Shown here: one piece after another, positions 51,301-63,300 of the stretch
How the letters are laid out: every line of letters begins with the position of its first letter
Position numbering within the stretch: position 1 is the first letter of the stretch
Notes under the pieces: generated by a model
What the model was told of the DNA's origin: nothing
The model's database searches: none
The model's input: the letters and a program-made list of their open reading frames with translations, nothing else
Made by a program: the position numbers and the translations under genes
NCBI GenBank assembly: GCA_035221665.1
Contig: CM069137.1
Location: 76,942,001-77,006,000 of the forward strand
DNA length: 64,000 nucleotides
Source: Okamejei kenojei
Taxonomy: Eukaryota
Reading direction: 5' to 3'

Positions 51301-54300
51301 CTGGTGTGGAACACCTCATCCTGGGAGCAGATGCGGCGTAGACGGAGGAATTGGGAATAGGGGATGGAGTCCTTACAGGAAGCAGGGTGGGAGGAAGAGT
51401 AATCCACGTAGCTGTGGGAGTCAGTAGGTTTGTAGTGGATGTCGGTCAGGAGCGTATCACGTGCAATAGAGATGGTGCTGTGCAATGAACTCTAACAATG
51501 AAGGAGGCCCAGGACAAAAAAGTCAGATTGTGAATGGGAGGGGGAGTTAAAGTGCTGAGCAACCGGGAGATCAGATAGGTTAAGGCGGACTGAGCGGAGG
51601 TGCTCGACGAAACGATCGCGAGCCTGCGCTTGGTCTCGCCGATGTACATAAGTTGACACCTGGAACAGCGGATACAGTAGATGAAGTGGAGGAGGTGCAA
51701 ATGAACCTCTGCCTCACCTGAAAAGACTGTCGGGGTCCTTGGATAGAGTTGAGGGGGGAGGTAAAGGGAGAGGTATTGCATCTCCTTCGGTTGTTGGGGC
51801 ATGTACCTGGGAAGGGGGTGGTTTGGATGGGAAGGGACAAGTTGACCAGGGAATTGCGGAGGGAATGGTCTCTGTGGAAAGCAGAAAGGAGTGGAGATGG
51901 GAGGATATGGCCTGTAGTGGGACCCCGTTGGAGGTGGCAAAAGTGTTGGAGGATTATATGCTGTATTCGACGGCTGATGGGGTGGCAGGTGAGGACAAGG
52001 GGGACTTTGTCCTTGTTGCGAATGGGGAAAGGGGGAGCAAGAGCGTAGCTACGGGATATCGAGGAGACCCTAGTGAGAGCCTCATCTATAAAGGAAGAGG
52101 GAAACCCCCTTTTTCCAAAAAATGAGGACATGGCTGATGATCTAGTATGGAAAACCCCATCCTGGGCGCAGATGCAGTGTAGACGGAGAAATAAGCGAGT
52201 TCGGTATTCCGACTGCGCATGCCCAGGTCATTGGCCACTCACGATAAACAATCTCGGCAGCTGTGCTGTTGCGTGTATGCAGGCCTGCGTTTCGTCCGTG
52301 GTCGGGGTCGGGCCCGGGTCTCCGTCGCTGCGAGTGCTGTTGAGTTGCTGCTGCGCCATCCCTTCCCCTCCCAGGTTTCCCGTCCCTGTCCAGAGGCGGC
52401 CAGAGGTGTCCGGGGTGGCCCTGGGCGGTGGCGATCCCGGGTTTGCAGCCGGTGTGGGGGGGGGGGGTGGGGGTGGGGGGGAAGTGCTGGCTCCATCTCG
52501 GCTCTGCCTATCCAGCCGAGTTGGCTGGCAGAGTCAGCCCGGAGCGGTGGGGGACCATCAGCTGTTACTCTCGTCCTGTCCAGTGGCTGTCAGTTGGCCC
52601 CCTCGGTGTCGGCGGGGATGCACACGGGGTGCTGCGGTGGCTCGGCGGGTCAGGCAACATCTCTGGAGAAGGGTCTCAACGTCCTTTTCTCCAGAGATGC
52701 TGCCTGATCCGCTGAGTTGCTGCAGCGTATTGCATGTGGCCCCGTTGATGGCTGGTGCTCGGCTTTCACCAGCTCCGGGGAGTTGGCCAGCAGCCGCTGG
52801 GTGGGGCAGGGGGGGTTCGGCTGGCGGCCCCTGGCCCGTCGGGGAGCGTGTTCCTCGGGTGTTGGAGCACGGTTGGGGTGGAGTTGGCACTTCTTCTCTG
52901 TGCTGGATGTGGGCCTGGGGCCACCGCTGCTCCGGGCCATTGTCCCGTCAGTACGGGGCTGTCAGTTGGCCTGGCAGGGCAGGTGGAGTTGAGCTGGGGT
53001 CAGCGCTTCTTCTCCACGCTGGCTGTGGGCCTGGGGTCGCCGCTGCTCCAGTCCGGTGTCTCGTCGGTCCGTGGTCGCCCCGGACGACTTCCCCCCCCCC
53101 CCACCCCCCCACCCCCGCCCCGGGGACGGTCCAGCACCGGGTACCTGGGTTTGATCCTGGTTGCGGCTGAGGTGCGGGCCAGGTGCTGCCAAGAATGTCT
53201 CTCCGCCGGTCCAGTCTCTCCCACTCGCATCTGCCCCCACTCTCTCTCTCGCTCTCTCATTATTTGTCGCCCCCGGTCCTCAGATTAAATGCAGCCAGCG
53301 CTTTGACCTTTGACAAATCCCATGATTCCTTGCGTTTTTCAGAATACCAAACTCGCTTATTGAGAGTAGGGTATAGAGTAAAAGTACTGTTTGTTTGGAA
53401 TTACCTGCCATTAATTGCAATGTAGTCGTAAAGATCAGAGTCATAAAGCACGGAAACCTGAGGCCAATCCGACCATGCCAACCTAGTTTATGATCATTTT
53501 GGAGACTAATTTGTGGAGCTACAATCATCTTCCAGTTTGAGAATGGAAAAAAAAATCAGCATTTCAACTCTTAATAACTAACCTGTGACCTCTGTTGGTC
53601 TATGTCATTGCAGTTTAGTTTATTGTCACATGTACCGAGGTACGGTGAAAAGTGAAAAACGTTTGTTACGTACCTACCAATCAGCAGAAAGACTATACAT
53701 GATTAGAATCGAGCCATCCACAGTATATAGATACATGTTAAAGGATTAATGTTAGTGCAAGATAAAGTCCAGTAAAGTCTGAATGAAGGTAGCCCAAGGG
53801 TCTCCAATGTGGTAGAAAGTACTGAAGACCGCCCTCTAGTTGTTGATAGGATGGTTCAGTTGCCTGGTAACAGCAAGGAGGAAACTGTCCCTGGATTTGT
53901 ATAGATAATGTGTCAGCATAGGTGAAGCTCAGTTGTGTTAGCTAAAATGGTCTGGCACATACATATCAATTCAGGTTAAGTAAAAAAATCCCTTTGGAAA
54001 CCAATTTCAGCAAAAGTCACCACTTTGTGGTTAAGAAGAGAGATACTAAGAGATGTAAAGCTGAAGTTTGTATTTCGAACTTACCTGTTCCGGTAACACG
54101 GCACAGAAATTGAGCAGATTTTCCTTCAGTGGTAGTAGCGTCTTGTATTGGACTTATAATGGTAGGTGGATCAGCAGGTACCTCTGCCTCAGGTGAAACA
54201 ACTTCTGGAACTGAAAATAATTAAATAAATTAATTGACTGCTTTTAAATATTATTCTGGTTATTCCTAAATGACATACGAGTGAATGTAATCTAGGGCTA

Positions 54301-57300
54301 TGTGGAAGACTTTCCAAAGAGCAGTGAAATTTATTGCGATGATAAAATTATGCAAAACATAAAGCTGCTATTTGTAGAAAATAGGCAAGTTACATTTAGT
54401 TATCTGCAAAAATAGATAATGACAGAAACAAAATAAATCAAAACTTTATGCAACCTATTTTCTCTTGTTTTGACTTCAAAGCATACTGACAAGTTTACTA
54501 TTCAACTGCATGCCAAAGACAAATTTCACAGGCAATTATAAGAAATTCCCACATATCATAGTACTAACATGAAAATACACCAATTATTTGAATTATACCT
54601 TCAATATCAAGTGAAGCACCACTAACAGCGACCCCAGCTTCATTTTTTGCTTCACAAGTGTAGGTGCCAGCATCTTCAGGGAATGTTTCAATCAGTAGCA
54701 AAGTATACTGGTTCTCATCATGAAGAATCTTGCGTTTAAATCCAGAGGAAAGCTTTTGACCATCTTTGTACCAAGATACTTCTAATTTTGGTGTACCAAC
54801 TATTACTCCACAAAATCGTGCGGGTTCTCCTGCTTTCACAGCACAAGGTTCCAGTTCCAAATTGAAAGACGGTGGATCAGGAGCTATAAACAAGAAGGTT
54901 CAAGATTTCAGCATCTTATTTCCACAAATTGATAAAAGTTTGGTCTATGTTCACACGTTCAATGTTACACACTTTCCTGAAGTGTTTGCCTGAATTAATT
55001 GGAATATGTTAAACACAATATTAAAAATATCAATTTACAGAACTAAATAATTGGGTATTTAAAGAAAAACACAATATGATAGGTGAGTCTCTGGAATTCT
55101 CTGCCACAGAAGGTAGTTGAGGCCAGTTCATTGGCTATATTTAAGAAGGAGTTAGATGTGGCCCTTGTGGCTAAAGGGATCAGGGGGTATGGAGAGAAGG
55201 CAGGTACAGGATACTGAGTTGGATGATCAGCCATGATCATATTGAATGGCGGTGCAGGCTCGAAGGGCTGAATGGCCTACTCCTGCACCTATTTTCTATG
55301 TTTCTATGATGCCTTTATTTATGGAGAGTTAATACTTAATAGTCAGCTTCAATTAACCACCTTCATTTTTGTTGCATTTCTTAAACAGTTGTTCGAAACA
55401 AATTGAGATTTAATTGACTAAAATTTTGTCTTGGTAGTAGTGGGCCAAAATTCAATTTTGGCAGGCGCACAAAACAGGTTCAGCAAGGGACAGCTTAATA
55501 TACCATCCACACTCTTTTCCATTTTATTGATGTCAATGGAAAGGACCACTAGGTAAATATTAATTGAATTTGTGGATCGCATTTCACCACTCCTCCCTCG
55601 GCTAAATATGAATAATGGAAATTACAATGTTCTAAACCCCTTCCTCAGTATTTACAAATATATTAATAAGGGCCACCAAAGCCCCATGCTTTCCCCTTGG
55701 ATGAGCATCCATTCTGATTGTCCCACTGCAACATTCTTGGCATTTAAACCTAATCTCATGAACCTCTTTCCTGTCCCACACATCTCGTGACAATTGTCCA
55801 CTGAATCTGTCAGAAGATAACAATGAATGCCACTCTGTAAATGTTCCTCAAGATTAACAGCTCACCCAAAGCAAACTTGTTGTAACCAACTGGATAATTG
55901 ATCATATATCCTGCCTGACAAAGACTTCATGTACATAATAGCTATCAACATCTTGCCTTTCACTTAAATCTGCTTGCATGACAGTAATTTTAACCATTGT
56001 TGAGATGAAAGTACACATTTAAATATTTTTTGCATTTATATATACACAAACACAACAGTTTCCCATAATGCCTCTGAGCACACACTTTGTTGCAATCTAC
56101 TGTCCTCTCTTTAATGCCAAAGCAAATTCAACTTCTGGTTTATTACCAAAATATCCTTGTTTGCTTCCATTCTTTATAACCACACTGACTGATTCCTCGC
56201 CCTCTGTCTACTTCAATTTAACCTCTTCTTTTTCCTCATATTCTACTTCTCTACTATCAACCTTTCCCTCCACATACATTTACTAATCTATAGACAGTGC
56301 AATTTCCACTACATATTATGGTTTCTATATCCCTGTGTGCATCAACATCTCACAAACCCTATTCCTTTCCTTCTGATCCTGGTAAAAATAATATCAAGGT
56401 ATATTTGCAATTAAAGGCTTTAAAACTTTCAGCCACTGTTCTTCATCTGTTGAGGTTTCTTCCACTTATAATTTTCTGTCGTTATTTTTTCTCTCATCCA
56501 TCATAATTATTTTCAACGTTAGGATCCTATCTCATTATACACATATTATCGCCTTATTATATACTCCGTCTGACAAAGGGTCTCGATCCCGAAACATCAT
56601 CCATTCCGTCTATGTTGCCTGTCCCGCTGAGTTACTCCAGCATTTTGTGTCTGTCTCCTTATTATTACCAGCGTCAGTCTCTGTTCCTACATCAGTCCAT
56701 TTACTGCTGAAACTCTCTCGTATCTTCAAAATGTAACTATTCCGATGCACTCTTGTCAGCTTCCTATTTTCCGCTTTGTAAACTGCAAAATTCTGATGAA
56801 ACCCTGCTTTTCTTTCTTCATAACTCCTGGACCGCACTACATTGATTGGCTCACTTATAAAGCCCCAATTCAATATTCCCACTGTTTAATTTATTTCATT
56901 CATAAAAATATCATAACCGCTTCCAATCTGTCCCATCAACCTCAAAACCACAAATATTCTTCAGCTTTGGTCTCCCGAACACCTTCCACTCAAACTACAT
57001 CGCCTAAAGTTCTACTATTTTCTTCCTGAAGTTCTAAGCATCTCCATTCTCCAGTGCTGCTTTAGAATCTCTTTATAAATTACCTGAATGAAAAAACTTT
57101 GTTCAAGCATATAGTTTTATCTAATTACAGAGTTACATTTGTAGAGTTGAAAGTGTTGCAAAACAGCAAAAATCTATTGTTATTCTTGTACATACCATTA
57201 ATATGAAGTGTTACAGTACTTCGATTCTTTCCTGCAACAAAGACGTATTCTCCAGAATCAGAAACTCTTGTTTCAGTAATGGTCATTCGATGCACACGTC

Positions 57301-60300
57301 TTTGAATTATATATCTGTATCTTTCTTCAACTTGGAAATTGATTTCAATTCCATCTTTGAGCCATTGAGCCTCAACCTCATCTTCATTGACTTCAAATTC
57401 AATAACTGCTCGCTTTTTCTCAATTATCTAAATATGAAGAATCATTTTGTTAAAATTCTGCATGAAAGTATCCAATAACTGCCTGCCTATCACATATATC
57501 ATCATTCTACATCTTATGGTGTTTGATAACTGTAAAAGTTAGGGATTCTAAGTAAAAATGAAGAAACACATTATACCTGAATATCTGTGGAAATGGGTTT
57601 TGAAATCAAAATGTGTCGTGCTTCCATATACAAATTAGCAGTAGAAATACTTCCACCTGCTACAGCTGCGTACTGGCCAGCATCAGACATTTTTGTAACA
57701 GGAATGGTGAGACGATGGACAAATTTTTCATTATGAATCTTAATTCTGTAAAAAAAAAAGCAATAAAAGTGAAATTGTAAGTTCAGCATTTTAAATTTAG
57801 CTTTGGACAAGGCCAAGATGACTAAACGTATAGGAAATGGTGGTGAGGCCAATAAATGATGTAGAAGAAGCATGATTTACAGGAATACCTGAAGTTTTGG
57901 GGTGGTGCAGCAGGTTGGAGGAGATGAATTAAGCAAGAGTGGGAATTTAAGTGCATTGTACATAAGTACATTGCAACAAAATATTGGAAGGCACTAATGT
58001 ACATCTGTGTTAACGAAGAAACTGCAGATGCTGGAGAAACTCAGCGGGTGCAGCAGCATCTAAGGAGCGAAGGAGATAGGCGACGTTTCGGAATGTACAT
58101 CTGTTGCTTCAAGTAAATACAGGTGATATGGACATTGAATTAACAGAACAGGAGTTCAGTGAAATAAATTTTTCCTGGAGGATTTGTGGTAACTGATGAT
58201 AATGAGCCTCTTCATGGCGCCATTGCCTTGGTAACCAACGCCTTAAATGAACAAGGGATGCTTCAGCATAACAGCGCCAAACCTTATCCGAAAGATCGTT
58301 TACACAATATGTAAAGTTTATGATGATTATGTACGGAAGGCAACGTCAGAAGCAACGTTCCATGTGGCTTCTTGCTCTGGAGTGCCTTAGATATAACCAT
58401 AATTTGGTGATGCTGAACTTCATTTCTAAATGTATATAAAAGTGCTACATTTTACACAATTGTCAAGAGAATGAGCAATCTGTTACCAGTAAGGTGAACA
58501 GGCCTCTCTCTTCCACCCTCTCCGCCCAGTAGATGAAAGATCAATTGAATAAATAATTTTATCTGAACATAAAATTAAGTTATGCCAATATTTCTCTTGC
58601 TCCACAACATGTACATTAGGGATGGGTGGGAGGAGTGAGTGGGAGTATCGCTGGTGGACCAGTGTAGATTTGTATAGCAGTGATGTTGTGAGAGGATAAG
58701 CAGCAGAGTTTGACCAAAGTTATGATTTTAAAGTTTAAAGAGGGCATAAAGTGGGAAGTCAACAGGCAAGCATCCAAATAGTCACGTTGAGGATACGAGG
58801 TTAACTGATGCATAGATTAATACCTGTCAGAAGGCTGTATTTCTTCACCATTCTTCATCCATTGTAATGTAATGTTAGGTTCTGAAACTTCACACTCAAA
58901 GGTGGCTTTCTTCTTTTCAGTGATTTTGATGTCTTTGATATGTTTCCTAAATTCAATTTGCCGAGCTACAAAAGAAAAAAAATGCTGATTAAATACAGCG
59001 GATAGTAGGTTAAACAATGTTAATGTGATGCATATTACCAAACCAAATCATAAATAAATAATACAAGTTATTACCAGTCACATATAAAGTTGCTGCAGAT
59101 GATGCTGATCCAGCAACAAAACTGTACTCAGCTGCATCACCAAAGTGAACATTCCGAATTGAAAGTGTGTGATTTGATTGCTTCGTCCTTAGTTGTGTCC
59201 TCTCAGTTGATTTGATCTCTTTACCATTCTTGAGCCACTTGTAAGTTATACCTTCAAAATTCACTGTTACTTCAAAGGTAATTGTATCTTTCTCTTGGGC
59301 ATTCATGTCCTTTAACATAGATGTAATTAAAATGGCTAAAAAAAAAAGAAAACCATGTATTAGCTACAAAGTCACTTGACATACATCATTAATGACTTTG
59401 ATAGAACACACCCAAATGATTACATATGCAATAATGAAAAATGAACTTTAAACATGGATACACTGTATATATCAATGAGAAAGTCTTACGTTTTACTGTC
59501 AAAGTAGCAGATATTTTGTCATTTCCACAGATAAAGGTATACTCTGCAGAGTCTTCATGGCTTGTGTTCATTATGGTCAGCTGATGGAGTTTGCCTTGCA
59601 CAACTATTTTAAACTTGTCAGTCATTTCTATTTCCACACCATTTTTCAACCATGTGGCTGGGACATTGAAATGTGACAGCTCACACTGAAAAGTTGCATT
59701 TTTTGTCTCTGGAACTTCAATGCTCTTCATCGTCTTGGTGATATGTACAGCTTGAAATAAATTTAAATGAAAATTAGTGTACAAAAATCATGGATTTATA
59801 AATTAGTTTATTTAAATTTCTCTTTCGTGAAGCAGAAAAATATCGTTTTACACTCACTTTCCACATAAAGTTTGGCTTTACATTCCAGTTGCCCAATGAT
59901 GGCTGAGTACTCGCCAACTTGTGCTGAGGTGATATTCTCCAATATTAGTTTGTGAACTTTCCTTTCTGAAATTACTTTACATTTGCTACTTGGCTTAAGT
60001 TCAACATTGTTGAACATCCATTTTACTGGCACATTGTCATGCGACACACTCAATTCAAATGTAGCTGTGGAATTTTCCATGGCAGTAATATCCTTTGGTT
60101 TCTTAATAACCTTGATGACTATTAAGACAAAACCATAGCATTATTCAATGTCATCATTCAGATAAATATTTCAGATGCAATTACAATGTTTGCATGCAGA
60201 AAAAATACATACTTCAGTAACTTCAAGAACACAATTTATATAGAAATAATGGATAATTAATGAAATTGGAACAAAATAAATCATGCAATATTTTACTAAT

Positions 60301-63300
60301 TATTTGTAATCCTATTATTTTACATTTTAATTAAACCTTCACTTTAGGGACGTACTCTAGCACTGCAGGTGATGTGGCTGCCTCTTAGCTCCTACAAACT
60401 GTGTTTGAATCTGATCTCTGGGGGGAGGGGGGGCTGTGTGTGTCCCAAAGACGTGATAGTTATTAAGATAGCGACTGTTAAATGGGTGGGTGGTCAAGTA
60501 ATCTGTGGGTTCTTAATGGATAAATGTGAGAGAATAGGTCATAAGGAGATAATTGGAAGAATGGATTGGTTTGAGAGCCACCATTGACTCCATGGGCTAC
60601 ATGGCTCACCCCATATCATGGGAACATACATTAAAACCACTTATTTCTCTCTCCATCCCCGCCCCTCCCCAGTTCTCCCACTAGTCTTACTGTCTCCAAC
60701 TACATTCTATCATAGTCCTGCCTCCTCCCCTGACAGTAGTCTGAAGAAGGGTCTCGACCCAAAACGTCACCCATTCCTTCTCTCTTGCCCATTCCTTCGC
60801 CTTAGGGATGCTGCCTGACCCACTGAGTTACTCCAGCATTTTGAGTCTACCTTCGATTTAAACCAGCATCCGCAGTTTGTTCCTACACATATTAAAACCA
60901 TTGTGCTAATACCCACATTATACTAAGCTATATCAGTTGGTCACATTATGTACATTTTAAACAATGCAAGACTCCTAAAACATACTGAAAATGCATGAAT
61001 GCATTAGTATTTTTCAACAATTTTTCAATATTTGTATTATTCAATATTTGCTTTACGAAATATGTGGTGGAATATGGCTCTATACCAACCAGGATTGGTG
61101 CAGCGACATCACAGAACTGTCAAATTTCTGCTCTCCCAACCTAGAATCCCTCTTTATAAACTGCAAACCCTTCATCTCTCCGATGTATACTCCTTTATTC
61201 TCGCTGGAGTATACATCGGAGAAATGTATACTCCTTTATTCTCGCTGGAGTATACATTTCCCCCAAGCCTGCAGACGTGGGGCGCAAATGAAACTCGCTG
61301 ACCAAGTAATGAGGGTAGAGAGTGACTTCCCGGACTCCATGGTCATTGTTTTGGGGGACTTTAATAAAGCTAACCTCAGCAGTGACCTTCCAAGATACAG
61401 ACTTCATGTTACCTGCCCCACCAGAGGGGAGAGAACACTCGATCACTGTTGTTCAGCAATCAAGTACGCATATCGTTCTGTTCCCCGGGCGGGTCTGGGT
61501 CTCTCTGATCATTGCATAGTTCACCTTATTCCGACCTACAGGCAGAAACTAAAAGCTGCTAAGCCTGTGATCAGAACAACAAAAAGGTGGACAAGCGAGA
61601 GCATTGAGAACCTACAATCCTGCTTTGACTGCACAGATTGGAATGTGTTCAGGGAAGTAACCACAAGCCTCGATGAGTATACGGACACTGTATCATCATA
61701 TGTCAGCTTTTGCGGGGACAGTTGCATTCCAACTAAGACCCGGACATGGTTCAACAACAACAAGCCTGGTTCACTGCAGAACTCAGACAGCTCCTCTAAA
61801 GAGGAGGCCTACAGGAGCGGGGATGCAGACCTCTACAGGTGGGCCAAGTACAAGCTGAGAAGAGGAATCAGAGCTGCCAAGGAAAGATACTCTGAGAAGT
61901 TGAGAAGCAAGTTCTCAGCTAGTGACTCTTCTTCAGTTTGGAAGGGCTTGTAAGAAATTACCAGCTACAAGAGGACAATCGTCAGCAGACCAACGACCTG
62001 AATGCGTTTTTACTGCAGGTTTGAAAATCAGAAACGTAACCCTGGTACCCTCTCCACCCCTCTCCAACCAACACAGCCAGACTCCAGTCTACAAAGAATG
62101 GACCCTGCACCCTCTCCTTCCCATTGACCACTTCACACCTACTTAAGGCAAGATTCCAGTATGAAAAGACTGGACCATTTTCCACTCCAACCAACACTTC
62201 ACACCCACTCACAGCCTGACCTCAGTCTACAAAGACTGGGCCTTTCTACACCCACCCCCCTCCAATCACCACTTCACAGCCAATCACCCACACCCTCTGT
62301 GCTGCACAACATAACTTATCCAATATCAACAATAAAAATAGAGGAGGTGGAGAGGCTTTTCAGAGGACAAAAGAGCCGGAAATCTCCAGGAACTGACAAT
62401 GTTTCCCCTCTACTCTTAAGTTCTGTGCCTAACAGCTGACACCGGTCTATACAGACATTTTTAACCAGTCCCTGCAAACATGTACTGTCCCTGCCTGCTT
62501 CAAAGTCTCCACATTGTCCCTGCACTCAAAAAGCAAGGATCACTTGCTTAATGACTACAGGCCTGTCACACTGACCTCTGTAGTCATGAAGACACTCGAA
62601 AGGCTTATGCTGGCCAAGCTGAAAAATATCACAAACTCCCTGCTGGACTCTCTGCAGTTTGCATATCGGGCCACTAGATCTGTGGATGATGCAGTCAACC
62701 TGGGCCTGCATTTCATCCTACAGTACCTGGACCGCCAGGGGACCTGTGCGAGGATCCTCTTTGTTGATTTTAGCTCTCTATTCAACACCATTGTGCCAGA
62801 GCTACTACACTCCAAACTTTCCGAGTTGACTGTGCCTGAACCCCTCTGTCAGTGGATCACCGACTTCCTGACAGACAGGAAGCAGCATGTAAGGCTGGGA
62901 AAGCACATCTCGGACCCGCAAACGCTCAGCATAGGAGCACCGCAAGGCTGCGTACTCTCTCCTCTCCTCTCTCTACACCAACGACTGCACCTCCACAGAC
63001 ACCTCTGTCAAGCTCCTCAAGTTTGCGGACGACACAACCCTGATTGGACTGATCCGGGATGGGGAGGAATCTGCCTACAGACAGGAAATGTCACAGCTGG
63101 CGTCCTGGTGCTGTAGCAACAACCTAGAGCTCAATGCTCTTAAGACAGTGGAATTGATTGTAGACTTTAGGAGAGCTCCCCCTCCCCTCAGCCCACTCAC
63201 CATCAACAACACCACAGTCACATCTACGGAGTCTTTTAAGTTCCTGGGAACCATCATCTCCAATGACCTTAAGTGGGGGGCTACCATCGACTCCAGTCAA

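Noticed and set aside
52073-53288. Long overlapping ORFs (365 aa and others)
   Set aside because: Stop-codon scarcity in GC-rich transposon interior; no recognisable domain.
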